Shown here in pieces: positions 21,405-30,983 of a stretch of DNA of 64,000 nucleotides. The notes under the pieces were generated by a model, which saw only the letters and a list, made by a program, of their open reading frames with translations, did not search any database and was not told the DNA's origin. Numbering within the stretch: position 1 is the first letter of the stretch; each line of letters starts with the position of its first letter. Origin of the DNA: Candidatus Hydrogenedentota bacterium (lineage in GTDB: Bacteria > Hydrogenedentota > Hydrogenedentia > Hydrogenedentales > SLHB01); assembly GCA_963745075.1 (NCBI GenBank), contig CAVUWV010000011.1:32001-96000 (forward strand), read 5' to 3'. A program made the position numbers and the translations under genes.

Positions 21405-21701
21405 ATGAAGAAACGCCAGTTGCCATACCAGACCGTGATCCTCGTCTGCGGCGGGGACAAGTGCAGCGACCGGAAGGCCACGAAACTCTTCAAACGGATC
21501 GAGGGCGAGATCGAGCGCCGAAAGCTCGACGAGTCCGTCCGCGCCGTCCGGACCGAGTGCATGGGCAAGTGCGACGACGGGCCGAACGTGGTAATCAGTC
21601 CGGGCGCAGTGTGGATCTGCGGCGCAAAGCCCAAGGATGCGAAGAAAATCCTCGACGAATTGCTGGACAGCGGCGTGGCGCCCGATGCGTCGGAGATTTG
21701 A
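21405..21701 (+). CDS. Thioredoxin-like [2Fe-2S] ferredoxin
   Basis: VCGGDKC ... ECMGKCDDGPNVVI four-Cys pattern. Confidence 0.88.
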   Translation: MKKRQLPYQTVILVCGGDKCSDRKATKLFKRIEGEIERRKLDESVRAVRTECMGKCDDGPNVVISPGAVWICGAKPKDAKKILDELLDSGVAPDASEI

Positions 21702-21764
21702 GTGCACGCGCATTCATAGGACGTATAGGACTCATGGGCCCTATGGGACAAGATCGGGGGTAGC

Positions 21765-22937
21765 GTGGTTAATCGTTTCGAAATGATGGTGTGTTGCACG
21801 CTGGTCGTCTCCTTCCACTGTATGGCCGGCGCACAAGACTCGAATGAGCGCGATGCCGCCGTCAACCCTCCCTCCATAGTTATAAACCCCGGCGCCAAAT
21901 ACGGCCCGGACACGCGACCGTTCCAAGGCATCCCGGGAATCGAACGGGCGGTAAACGGGCGGCTCTGGGCCACGTGGTACGGGGGCGGGCCCGGCGAAGG
22001 TCCCGAAAACTACGTGCTGTTGTCGACCAGCGGCGACGACGGGAAAGCGTGGGACGTGGTTATGGTCGTCGATGCGCCGGGCTCGGTGCGGTGTTTCGAC
22101 CCCTGCCTTTGGCACGATCCGGACGGGCGCCTGTGGTTCTTCTGGGCGCAGGGTTTCAGTCACTGGGACGGCCGCGCCGGCGTGTGGAGCATGGTCACGG
22201 AAGACCCCGGCGACGCCGCGCCCAAGTGGTCGGAACCACGCCGTATCTGTGACGGCATCATGATGAACAAACCAACCGTGCTCCGCAACGGCGATTGGTT
22301 GTTACCGGTCGCGATTTGGGCGTCCAAGGCCAACGTGAGCGTTCCCGCGCACGCCCATCCCATCGACGAGACCACTGGTTCCCACGTGTATGCGTCAACC
22401 GACCACGGCAAGACCTGGACCTTGCGCGGCACATCGGACGTGAAAGAACGCAGTTGCGACGAACACATGATCGTGGAGAAGGAAGACGGCACCCTGTGGG
22501 AACTGGTGCGCACTAAATACGGCGTCGGCGAGGCGTTTTCGAAGGATGCCGGCAAGACCTGGGAGGTCGCGGGACCAGCCGCTTCCGTGATACACATTCC
22601 GCACGCCCGCTTCTTTATTCGACGCCTGGCGTCGGGCAAGTTGATGCTCGTACGCCACAATCCGCCGGACATGAAAGCGCGGACGCATCTCACGGCTTAT
22701 CTGTCGGACGACGACGGGCAGATGTGGACCGGAGGTTTGGTGCTGGACGCGCGCGCATGCTCATATCCCGACGGCGTCCAGGCGCCGGACGGGACAATCT
22801 ACGTCATCTATGACCACGAACGAACCGGCGCGAAGCAGATCCTCATGGCGGTGTTCAACGAAGCGGACGTCGCCGCCGGGAAACCGGTAAGTGATGTCGC
22901 GCGAATGCAGGTGGTCGTGAACCAGGCATCAGGATAG
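21765..22937 (+). CDS. Secreted sialidase-family (BNR/Asp-box) protein
   Basis: Signal peptide; Asp boxes SGDDGKAW, STDHGKTW, SKDAGKTW, SDDDGQMW; SYPD. Confidence 0.88.
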   Translation: MVNRFEMMVCCTLVVSFHCMAGAQDSNERDAAVNPPSIVINPGAKYGPDTRPFQGIPGIERAVNGRLWATWYGGGPGEGPENYVLLSTSGDDGKAWDVVMVVDAPGSVRCFDPCLWHDPDGRLWFFWAQGFSHWDGRAGVWSMVTEDPGDAAPKWSEPRRICDGIMMNKPTVLRNGDWLLPVAIWASKANVSVPAHAHPIDETTGSHVYASTDHGKTWTLRGTSDVKERSCDEHMIVEKEDGTLWELVRTKYGVGEAFSKDAGKTWEVAGPAASVIHIPHARFFIRRLASGKLMLVRHNPPDMKARTHLTAYLSDDDGQMWTGGLVLDARACSYPDGVQAPDGTIYVIYDHERTGAKQILMAVFNEADVAAGKPVSDVARMQVVVNQASG

Positions 22938-23019
22938 TTCGGCGTGCGCAGATTTCGAGATTATTGAAGATGGATTTTCTGACCCCCATACGGTCAAGCA
23001 ATTGCGAATACCGTCGATC

Positions 23020-23099
23020 GACATCCTGAGCGCTAGCGAAGGATCTCTAACCGGTCGGTGCCTGTCCCAAGGAGATCCTTCGCTGGCGCTCAGGACGAC
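23020..23099. repeat. REP-like inverted repeat pair
   Basis: GACATCCTGAGCGCTAGCGAAGGATCTC ... GAGATCCTTCGCTGGCGCTCAGGACGAC. Confidence 0.75.
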
Positions 23100-23154
23100 G
23101 GTGTGGACCAGTACGCGGGGATCGTGAATCCGTTACGCCAACGGGGAAGTCAAA

Positions 23155-25605
23155 ATGAATGGGTTTGGGTGCACGGCAACTTTGCGACGGCTAGTCGTCG
23201 CGTTCGCTCTTTGGGGTACTTATAATCTCGCTTTTGCCCAAGCGGATGACACGTGGCAACTCACCGTGGGCGCGGAGCATGACAGAGAAGAGGCCACGCG
23301 TCTCGCGGTGGACGATCTTGCTGCGGCGTTCGCGGAACATGATCTGACACTACGACAGACTCACTCACCCGGCGCGACAGAAGGCAATTCAATTCTCGTG
23401 GGTAGTGTGGCGCGTGACGCAGGGGCCATCGACACGCCGGACGATCCTGACGGCTACGCCATTCACACCATCGACCGCGACGGGACCCGCACGGTACTCA
23501 TCAGCGGTGGGTCTGTGATAGGCGACGTTTATGGGCTCTACTGGGTTCGCGATCGGTTGTTCGTCTATGGCGATATCCCGGTTATCAACACCTTTCGCGT
23601 TCCCGCGATGAAGATTCGCTTCGGCGCGGCCTGGGGACGACACGGGTTCGGCGGCAGCTCCAAGGAGCAGATGCAGATGGCCCTGCGCCAGAGCGTCAAC
23701 TGGGTGTCGGGTCCGGCCGTACTCGATCTCGTACCCTGGAATTCCGAGCCGGAAGCGACCGTCAACGCGGAGAACCGCGAGAATGCGCGGGGACTCATCG
23801 CGTACGCCCATTCCATGCACATGAAGTATTTCAGTTTCGCCAACGAGTTCACGTATCACCCGTCTTTATTGAAGGATACCGGCGCAACGCTGTCGCCGTG
23901 CGATCCGAGATTCTGGGACGCCGTGCAGGAGAAATTCCGCATGCTCTTTACGGTGTTGCCCGAACTGGACGGCATCGAATTATGCAACGACGATATCTCC
24001 GGGTTCTGGGATACGTACCGTGCGTACGACGTGATGCATGAGACGCCGGATTGCGAATGGTCTTACGAGAAGCGGTTCCGAACCTTTGTTGAGAAAGTCC
24101 ACGAAGTCGTTGCGGAAGAGTTCGGCAAGGACTATTTTCATTTCACGTGGAGTCTCACTCCGCACGAAGTTCATACGCAACCCGCGGTCTTCCGCGAAAT
24201 CTTCACGGACGCCGTGCCCACGGATCACCTCTATCTTATGCCGAAGATCACGACGGCGGACCGGTGGTGGCATCAGCCCTACAATCCAACTTTCAACCTG
24301 ACGCCCCACAAGACGGTCGTCTGTTTCGAGACCATGAACTACTACGAGAGCGGCAAGGCCAACATCTTCCCTACGTTCTCGGGCCAGTATTTCCAGGCCG
24401 GGCTGCAAACGATTTTGATGCCCGAGAATTCCAATGTCATCGGAGCAGCGTCGTTGGCGGGAATTCGCAAGGTAGGCTGGGATACGGCCAGCGCGTACGC
24501 GTACGTGTTGTACCGCTTGATGTGGGACCCCAACGAATCGATGGACCAGATCGCGGAGGACTTCTGCGCGATCCACTTCGGCCGGGATGCCGCCAAAGAC
24601 ATGGCGCAGATCTATCTGCTCACGCCGGTGGCCTACAAATACGGGCTGCACATCGAGCCGGTGTCCTACGGGCAGTTCAACTCGTTCATTCACATGCGCG
24701 TTGGGACCTTTCCGGCCGAAGGATATCCCGCCATCGATGGGGGCAAGGAGCACCTCGTTTTCCTGCGCAAAATCTACCTGCGGTGTAAGCCGTGGATTCC
24801 CGAGACGTTGGACGACCTGCAGCACGGACTGGACACGGCCAACGCGATGTTGAAGACCTATGCCAGGGCAAAGCCGGAAATTCAGGACCTCACACTTGCG
24901 AAGGACCTCGAGGATCGGCTGACCATGACACGCAACCTGATTCGAACGAATCTCGGGTACGTGGCGACGAGTTTCGCATATTTTGCCTATATCGACGAAG
25001 TGTCGGAGGAACACCGGCAGGCACTGGCGAAGGAAGTACAGAGCCTTACGGATGCCCGAGCCGATTTCGTTGCGACAGCCGGGTTTGGCTATCAATTGTT
25101 CGGTGTGGATGTGATGCTGAAAAGCGCGGAAGCCGCGCTTGCGAACCGCGATGCGGCCATCGCGGCGTTGGAGCAGAAACCGACACGATCGCAGATCGAG
25201 GCGACGGTTGCGGAGCAACAACGAAAATATGCGGAGGTATTGAAGACGCGCGCGGACCACGCGGTGAAGTTCGCCCATGTCGAAGTAATGGTCGACGGTC
25301 GCGATATCCTGAATGTGTCCGGTGACTCATATTCCATCGAACATCTGCGCTGGGATTATCCCCACGTGCAGGTCTTTGATTTCACCGCGCCGCTACCCGG
25401 AAAGCCGGTTACGGTGATTCCCGGGGATGTCGATTCGCGTCCCATGCACCCGTTTATATTGGAGCAACCGGGACGGGACAATGACTACACGGTCCGGATC
25501 TATCTTGACGACCTGCCCGGTGGCCAAGGCTGGATGAAATTTGACCTGTATTACGTTCCGGAGCCGCCGGAGAATCTTGGACTGGAAATCCCCTGGTCAC
25601 GATAA
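23155..25605 (+). CDS. Secreted hypothetical protein with GH20/GH67-like N-terminal domain, probable glycoside hydrolase
   Basis: Signal peptide; PDGYAIH...LISGGS..GDVYGLY pattern; probable barrel region with PELDGIEL. Confidence 0.65.
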   Translation: MNGFGCTATLRRLVVAFALWGTYNLAFAQADDTWQLTVGAEHDREEATRLAVDDLAAAFAEHDLTLRQTHSPGATEGNSILVGSVARDAGAIDTPDDPDGYAIHTIDRDGTRTVLISGGSVIGDVYGLYWVRDRLFVYGDIPVINTFRVPAMKIRFGAAWGRHGFGGSSKEQMQMALRQSVNWVSGPAVLDLVPWNSEPEATVNAENRENARGLIAYAHSMHMKYFSFANEFTYHPSLLKDTGATLSPCDPRFWDAVQEKFRMLFTVLPELDGIELCNDDISGFWDTYRAYDVMHETPDCEWSYEKRFRTFVEKVHEVVAEEFGKDYFHFTWSLTPHEVHTQPAVFREIFTDAVPTDHLYLMPKITTADRWWHQPYNPTFNLTPHKTVVCFETMNYYESGKANIFPTFSGQYFQAGLQTILMPENSNVIGAASLAGIRKVGWDTASAYAYVLYRLMWDPNESMDQIAEDFCAIHFGRDAAKDMAQIYLLTPVAYKYGLHIEPVSYGQFNSFIHMRVGTFPAEGYPAIDGGKEHLVFLRKIYLRCKPWIPETLDDLQHGLDTANAMLKTYARAKPEIQDLTLAKDLEDRLTMTRNLIRTNLGYVATSFAYFAYIDEVSEEHRQALAKEVQSLTDARADFVATAGFGYQLFGVDVMLKSAEAALANRDAAIAALEQKPTRSQIEATVAEQQRKYAEVLKTRADHAVKFAHVEVMVDGRDILNVSGDSYSIEHLRWDYPHVQVFDFTAPLPGKPVTVIPGDVDSRPMHPFILEQPGRDNDYTVRIYLDDLPGGQGWMKFDLYYVPEPPENLGLEIPWSR

Positions 25606-25642
25606 TTGGCGATTCCCGGCATGACTGAGTGAAAGCATTCCC

Positions 25643-27013
25643 GTGAGCGATTTTGTTTCGAATAGAGCCAACGGTTCCCGTTGGGCGAATGTGGTGCGTC
25701 CGTTGCGGTCGCGAAACTACCGGCTTTTCTTCATGGGCCAGGGGGTGTCGCTGGTCGGGACCTGGATGCAGCGAACGGCGCTGATGTGGCTCGTCGGCAC
25801 CATGTTCCACGACGAGAAGTTGGCGGCCTTCTGGCTGGGCGTGGTGGGCTTCTCCGGGCAGATTCCCGCGTTTGTGCTGACCCCGTTGGCGGGGGCCCTG
25901 GCCGACCGTTGGGACCGGAAGCGGATGGTCATCGGCACGCAGACGCTGGCCATGATTCAGTCGTTTGTGCTCGCGGCGTTGACACTTTCCGGACACATTG
26001 AACTTTGGCACATCGTGGTCCTCGCGCTGTGGCTGGGCGCGGCGAACGCGGTCGACATCCCAACACGGCAAGCCTTTGTCATCGAAATGGTGGACCGGCC
26101 GGAAGACCTCACCAACGCCATTGCCTTGAACAGCTCCATCGTCAATGCAGGGCGTCTCATCGGTCCGGCGCTCGGTGGCGTGCTGATGGCGCTGTTCGGC
26201 GTGGGCATATGTTTTCTCGTTAATGGTGTCACGTTCTTTGCCGTGATCGTCGCGCTATTTGCCATGCGCGTGAAGCCGCGGGAGATTCACGCAGGAACCC
26301 CGCACGTCGTTCATCACCTGGTCGAAGGATTTCGATACGCGTTCGGTTCGCCGCCGATTCGTGCACTGCTGACGATCATGGCGCTCGTGAGTCTGATGGG
26401 CATTCCCTACAGCTCCCTGCTGCCGGCCTTCGCCGTGCATATCCTTTCCTCCGGTCCGAAGGGATACGGAACGCTGGTGGCCGCCGTTGGTGTCGGAGCG
26501 CTGGCCGCGGCGCTGTACCTGGCCAGCCGGTCTTCCGTTCGCGGACTGGGCCGGATCATCGTCTTTTCGCCAATACTAATGGGTGGCGGCTTAATCGCCT
26601 TTTCGTTCACAAAATCGTTCACACTCGCGCTGTTTCTCATGCCCTTACTGGGGATGGGGCAAATGCTCCTGATGGCCTCGTGCAACACCGTGCTCCAAAC
26701 CATTGTGGATGACGACAAGCGCGGCCGCGCGATGAGCTTCTACTCGCTATCGTTTATGGGAATGATGCCCCTTGGCAGCCTGCTGGCGGGGCTCGCGGCG
26801 CGGCAGATCGGTCCGGCCATCACCATTGCCATCGGAGGGGCGGTGTGTGTCTGCGGGGGGATCGATTTCTACCGGAAACTGCCCAACCTGCGGAAGCTCA
26901 TCCGTCCCATTTACGCCAGTAAAGGGATCATCCCGGAAGTGGCGACGGCGCTGCGTGCGGCTGAAGAACAGTCCGGTACGACCAGCGAAGAAGTCCGGAT
27001 CGCGCACGAGTAA
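25643..27013 (+). CDS. MFS transporter
   Basis: About 12 TM segments; GQGVSLVGTWMQ, GALADRWDRKR, DIPTRQAF. Confidence 0.93.
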   Translation: MSDFVSNRANGSRWANVVRPLRSRNYRLFFMGQGVSLVGTWMQRTALMWLVGTMFHDEKLAAFWLGVVGFSGQIPAFVLTPLAGALADRWDRKRMVIGTQTLAMIQSFVLAALTLSGHIELWHIVVLALWLGAANAVDIPTRQAFVIEMVDRPEDLTNAIALNSSIVNAGRLIGPALGGVLMALFGVGICFLVNGVTFFAVIVALFAMRVKPREIHAGTPHVVHHLVEGFRYAFGSPPIRALLTIMALVSLMGIPYSSLLPAFAVHILSSGPKGYGTLVAAVGVGALAAALYLASRSSVRGLGRIIVFSPILMGGGLIAFSFTKSFTLALFLMPLLGMGQMLLMASCNTVLQTIVDDDKRGRAMSFYSLSFMGMMPLGSLLAGLAARQIGPAITIAIGGAVCVCGGIDFYRKLPNLRKLIRPIYASKGIIPEVATALRAAEEQSGTTSEEVRIAHE

Positions 27014-27042
27014 GCAGCCGGGCGTCAGGATCGATTACGCCA

Positions 27043-27837
27043 TTATTCCTGATAGATGATTGGTGCGTGGACGGGGTTGTCGAGGTGTTCGGTGTAGTAT
27101 TCGCGGGATGCTACGTCCGTTCGATCGGTGCGGAGATGGAGGGCGAAGCTCCGGCGCGGATAGGATTCGAGGTTGGGTCCGCTACCGTGAAAGGTCAGGC
27201 AGTGGTGGAAACTCACTTCACCCGGCGAGAGGGGCAGCGGTTCCTCGTCCCACGTCTCACCGGGCGGCAGTTTGATAGCGCGTTTCTGATTTTCGTGATC
27301 GGGCTCGAAGAAGTCGCCGCCTTCGCACAAGCCCCACCGATGCGAGCTGCGGACGAAGCGGATGGGCCCCGAGTTCAGGGTGACGTCGCTTAAGGCCATC
27401 CACGCTGTCAGGAGCCCCTCCGTGCCTTTCCAGTAGGGCCAGTAGAGTTTGTCCTGGTGCCAGCCGACGTGGCCCGCGCGCTTTCCGCCGGGCGGTTTGA
27501 TGAGGAGTTGCACCGCGAAGACCTGCACCATCTTGGCGCCCGTCAGGGCCGCCGCGTACTTGCCGATATCCGGAAGGCAGATTGCCTCGCGGATCGTGTC
27601 GTCGCAGAGATGGGGTTGATCGACTTTGCGGATCTTCTCCGGCGCGTCGTCCGGTGAGAAGTGCAGCGCGTGCGGTTCGTGCCCGGTTTCGTATTCGCCA
27701 TTCACGACGCGATCCATGTGATCGATGGCCCGCGCAATCAGGTCCGGCGGCACGATGACCGGCGTTTTGCAGTAGCCGTCGATGCGATACCGCTCGACGG
27801 CGTGTTCAGCGAATTGTGCAAAATGGGGGTGTTTCAT
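27043..27837 (-). CDS. Phytanoyl-CoA dioxygenase (PhyH) family Fe(II)/2OG enzyme
   Basis: WHQD, FHHCLTFHGSGPN. Confidence 0.9.
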   Translation of the reverse strand: MKHPHFAQFAEHAVERYRIDGYCKTPVIVPPDLIARAIDHMDRVVNGEYETGHEPHALHFSPDDAPEKIRKVDQPHLCDDTIREAICLPDIGKYAAALTGAKMVQVFAVQLLIKPPGGKRAGHVGWHQDKLYWPYWKGTEGLLTAWMALSDVTLNSGPIRFVRSSHRWGLCEGGDFFEPDHENQKRAIKLPPGETWDEEPLPLSPGEVSFHHCLTFHGSGPNLESYPRRSFALHLRTDRTDVASREYYTEHLDNPVHAPIIYQE

Positions 27838-27957
27838 GCCATCTTTACCTTTCGCCGATTCACCCGATATTCCCAGGCAGGTGTACTCTGTTTGCCGAAG
27901 CAAATCCAACCGATCCGATCCGTCGAATCGGCGGCCGGGAGCGTGATTCGCTCCGAG

Positions 27958-28740
27958 TCACACCCATGAATCGGAGCCGCGAAACGACATGTGTTTGCCT
28001 TGGACGTATTTCGGGAAATCGTTGTACTCGTTCAAACCGGCGTTGTGGCCGCGCAGGTGGAACGCGCTGACATGCTTCTTTACATCCGTAATCCGGGTCG
28101 TGGTCGGGATGTAGCGGATCGTGAGACCCTTGCGCCACCGGCCGGAGGTGTTGCCGTCGGAACCGTGCACGATGTTGGGGTGATGGACGGACACGTCGCC
28201 GGAGTTCAGGACGATGTCGACCGCCTGGGACGCATCAACGAGCGACTCGTCCATTCCGGAATCGAGGACATTCGCGACCTCCTCGCGTTTGCGCATTTCC
28301 TGCAAGCCCATGTGCTGGGTCCGCGGGATGACGCGCATGCAGCCGTTCGCTGGCGTCGAGTCCGTGACGGACAACCACAGCGTCACCACTTCCATCGGTT
28401 CCAAGGGCCAATAGCTGCCGTCCTGATGCCAGAGGACGGGCATGCCGTCCCCGGGCGGCTTGCAGATGTAGTGGCTCGCGAACAGGGCGATATCGGGGCC
28501 GATAAACTGTTCGGCGATGTCGAGCAGCCGGTCGTCGCTGACGAGGCGCACCCAGAAGGGGTCCTCTTTCACCAGCCAATGGCCAAGCTTTTCCGGACGC
28601 AGATCGGGATGTTTGGCGCGTAGCCAGTCCACGTGGGCGTTGGTCTCTGCGATGAGTTCCGCGTCAAGCACGTCGCGAAAAACGACGTATCCTTCGCAGT
28701 TGTACCGATCCACGGCGTTCGGTTGTGCTGAAGAGATCAT
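27958..28740 (-). CDS. Phytanoyl-CoA dioxygenase (PhyH) family Fe(II)/2OG enzyme
   Basis: WHQDGSYW, NGCMRVIP, HHPNIVHGS. Confidence 0.92.
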   Translation of the reverse strand: MISSAQPNAVDRYNCEGYVVFRDVLDAELIAETNAHVDWLRAKHPDLRPEKLGHWLVKEDPFWVRLVSDDRLLDIAEQFIGPDIALFASHYICKPPGDGMPVLWHQDGSYWPLEPMEVVTLWLSVTDSTPANGCMRVIPRTQHMGLQEMRKREEVANVLDSGMDESLVDASQAVDIVLNSGDVSVHHPNIVHGSDGNTSGRWRKGLTIRYIPTTTRITDVKKHVSAFHLRGHNAGLNEYNDFPKYVQGKHMSFRGSDSWV

Positions 28741-29129
28741 ATGCGCCTACCTTTGTCTGTAAGTTGGGTACGACTGCGTTGTCTTCATGGACCCGCACGG
28801 GTAATCACGGGCATCGGATGGCGCGACGATTTCCGCTGCAAAGACCCCCTTCAATCGGTTCATCTCCGATTTCCGGGGAACGAAACGCCCGTTCCAATGT
28901 GGCCCGGATCGCAGTTTTCCGCGCAATGACACCCCCTCTGTTTGTGACGAAACAAGGGGGTAGGACATCCGGAGTGGGGAGCCCGGAGTCGGGATCCGTG
29001 CGGGCGGAACTCTCCGTATCGCTATGAACCGCGGTGACTTGCACCAGAATGAGATAAGAAGCCGGGAGACGCGGGATGCGAATGCTTTTTTACGAAACAA
29101 GGGGGTGCGCCTTGCGGATCGCAGATCAC

Positions 29130-29153
29130 GGTCCCCGCGTTCGGGGGGATGAC
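29130..29153. repeat. Single REP-like hairpin
   Basis: GGTCCCCGCGTTCGGGGGGATGAC resembles the ...CCCCGCnTTCGCGGGGATGAC REP type. Confidence 0.45.
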
Positions 29154-29297
29154 GGGCGGGATTGGGGGTGCTTGCCATGGGCAGAACTCTCCTTATGAAT
29201 ATAGACCGGGGCGTTGCACCGAAATCAGGGTCGAGGCTCGACCGTAGAGAGGTGCTGTAGCGCCATCGAACGACCCCATTTATTGGAGATGAACCCT

Positions 29298-29732
29298 TCA
29301 CTCGGGCATTTTCCGGGACGATATGGCGATGCGATTCCATGCGTTAATCAGCGAGATGCAGACGGTCAAGTCCACGACTTCCGTTTCCGAGAAGTGCTCG
29401 CGCACGGCATCGAAATCTTCGTCGGGTACGTGCGTCTCGGAGACATTGGTGAGGCTTTCCGCCCAAGCCAGGGCGGCGCGTTCATGCGCGTCGAAGTAAG
29501 GGGCTTCGTGCCACGCGGCCAACGTGTCGAGTCGTTGTTGCGTCTCGCCCCGGGCACGCGCCTCTTTCGAATGCATGTCCAGGCAATAGACACATCCATT
29601 GATCTGCGATACGCGAAGCTCCAGCAAGGCCCGGAGCTTTTGGTCCAACCCGCATTTGCTCAAGTATTTACTGACTTCTATCAAATGCTGGAACGGTTCC
29701 GCGGCAACTTTGTAATAATCGATTCTAGCCAT
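29298..29732 (-). CDS. Carboxymuconolactone decarboxylase / AhpD family protein
   Basis: RVSQINGCVYCLDMH, INAWNR. Confidence 0.93.
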   Translation of the reverse strand: MARIDYYKVAAEPFQHLIEVSKYLSKCGLDQKLRALLELRVSQINGCVYCLDMHSKEARARGETQQRLDTLAAWHEAPYFDAHERAALAWAESLTNVSETHVPDEDFDAVREHFSETEVVDLTVCISLINAWNRIAISSRKMPE

Positions 29733-29903
29733 CAGGGGCGCCTCCCGGTTTCGTTTCGGCAGCTATGCGCACGCCTTGCGGGTGTTTCCGAAGCAACGCG
29801 CCAGGCGGGTCCGCAAATTCCCGTGCCAGCCCCGAAGGATGACGCAGGAATGCTACAAACTTCGCTACCATTGCGAACGCAGGCACGGACGCTTTGGAAT
29901 CGA

Positions 29904-30965
29904 CTAATGCTGCAATTCCGCGTCGATGAATGCATAGGCCTTTTCGCGAACTTCGGGCGGGAAATCGTGGGCGCAGTCCGGGTAGACGACCTGGAGATTG
30001 TCCACGGCGTCAAATAGCCGGTAGACGGGCGTTGCGGCGTCGACGCAGTCGCGGACGCCCGACACCTCAAAATTCTCATCATGGAGGGGCGCGTTGATAA
30101 AGACCGGTCGCGGCGCGAGGGCCCCGAGGATTTCGGGGAAGTCGAAAGGCATACGCGCGGGATCTTTGCCGTAGACGTCGGCGATGCGCGGCATGTAGCC
30201 CTTATGGCTCCAGCCCGTGAGGTCGCCGCCGTAGTACTTGGCGAAACGGTTGAACCCGCAACTCGTCACCATGACTTTGATGCGCGAGTCGAAGAGGCCG
30301 GCAAAGAGCGTGTTGTGTCCGCCGAGGGAATGGCCGATGCAACCAATCCGATCGGTGTCCACATCGGGCAGCGACTGCAACAGGTCGACGCATCGCATAT
30401 GATTCCAGATACCCTTGGCGGTGGCGCTTGCGTAGCCCATCGCGTACGCGTCTATCCTGTAATCGCCGAAACCGGGATAGTCCGGAGCCAGCGTTACGTA
30501 ACCGCGCTGCGCGAGTTCCTCGGCATAGTTGCGATTGGGCTTGTCGCCCAACCCGACGACCATACCTTTGCCGAAAGTCGAGGTGGGATGCAGACAAAGC
30601 ATGGCGGGCGCTTTACCTTCGAGATGCTTCGGAATCAGCAGGTAGGCGGGTAGACGGTCGCCGGATTCTACGGCGAAGGTGATCTTCTGTCGCGTGTATT
30701 CGGGAAAATCCGTCTCTTCTTCGACCTCCATGTCGAGCGGGACGCGCCGAGACGAATCGGGCAGCAATCCCGCGACGCGCTGAAAGTTCTCAATGATGTG
30801 TTTGCGGCGAATGGCCCAATCGTCTGGACGTTCCACCGGGTGAGACGTGCCATCGGAATCTTTGTAGACCAAAAGATTCTGCTTGTCTTCGTAGAAGGGC
30901 GCGGTCAGCGCGGAATCTGCGCCGCCGGCCGATGCCATCAAGACCATCGCAAGCATCTCGAACAC
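29904..30965 (-). CDS. Alpha/beta hydrolase (dienelactone hydrolase / acetylxylan esterase-like), secreted
   Basis: GHSLGG nucleophile elbow, LAPRP, HDFP. Confidence 0.88.
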   Translation of the reverse strand: MFEMLAMVLMASAGGADSALTAPFYEDKQNLLVYKDSDGTSHPVERPDDWAIRRKHIIENFQRVAGLLPDSSRRVPLDMEVEEETDFPEYTRQKITFAVESGDRLPAYLLIPKHLEGKAPAMLCLHPTSTFGKGMVVGLGDKPNRNYAEELAQRGYVTLAPDYPGFGDYRIDAYAMGYASATAKGIWNHMRCVDLLQSLPDVDTDRIGCIGHSLGGHNTLFAGLFDSRIKVMVTSCGFNRFAKYYGGDLTGWSHKGYMPRIADVYGKDPARMPFDFPEILGALAPRPVFINAPLHDENFEVSGVRDCVDAATPVYRLFDAVDNLQVVYPDCAHDFPPEVREKAYAFIDAELQH

Positions 30966-30983
30966 GCCGTCATCCTTTGTCGT

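Noticed and set aside
27901..27930. CCGAT micro-repeat between the PhyH genes
   Set aside because: Too short and degenerate to distinguish from chance.
28747..29340. 197-aa minus-strand ORF in the PhyH-CMD intergenic region
   Set aside because: R/P/S-rich with no family motif, runs through repeats and overlaps the CMD gene end; not called as a CDS.
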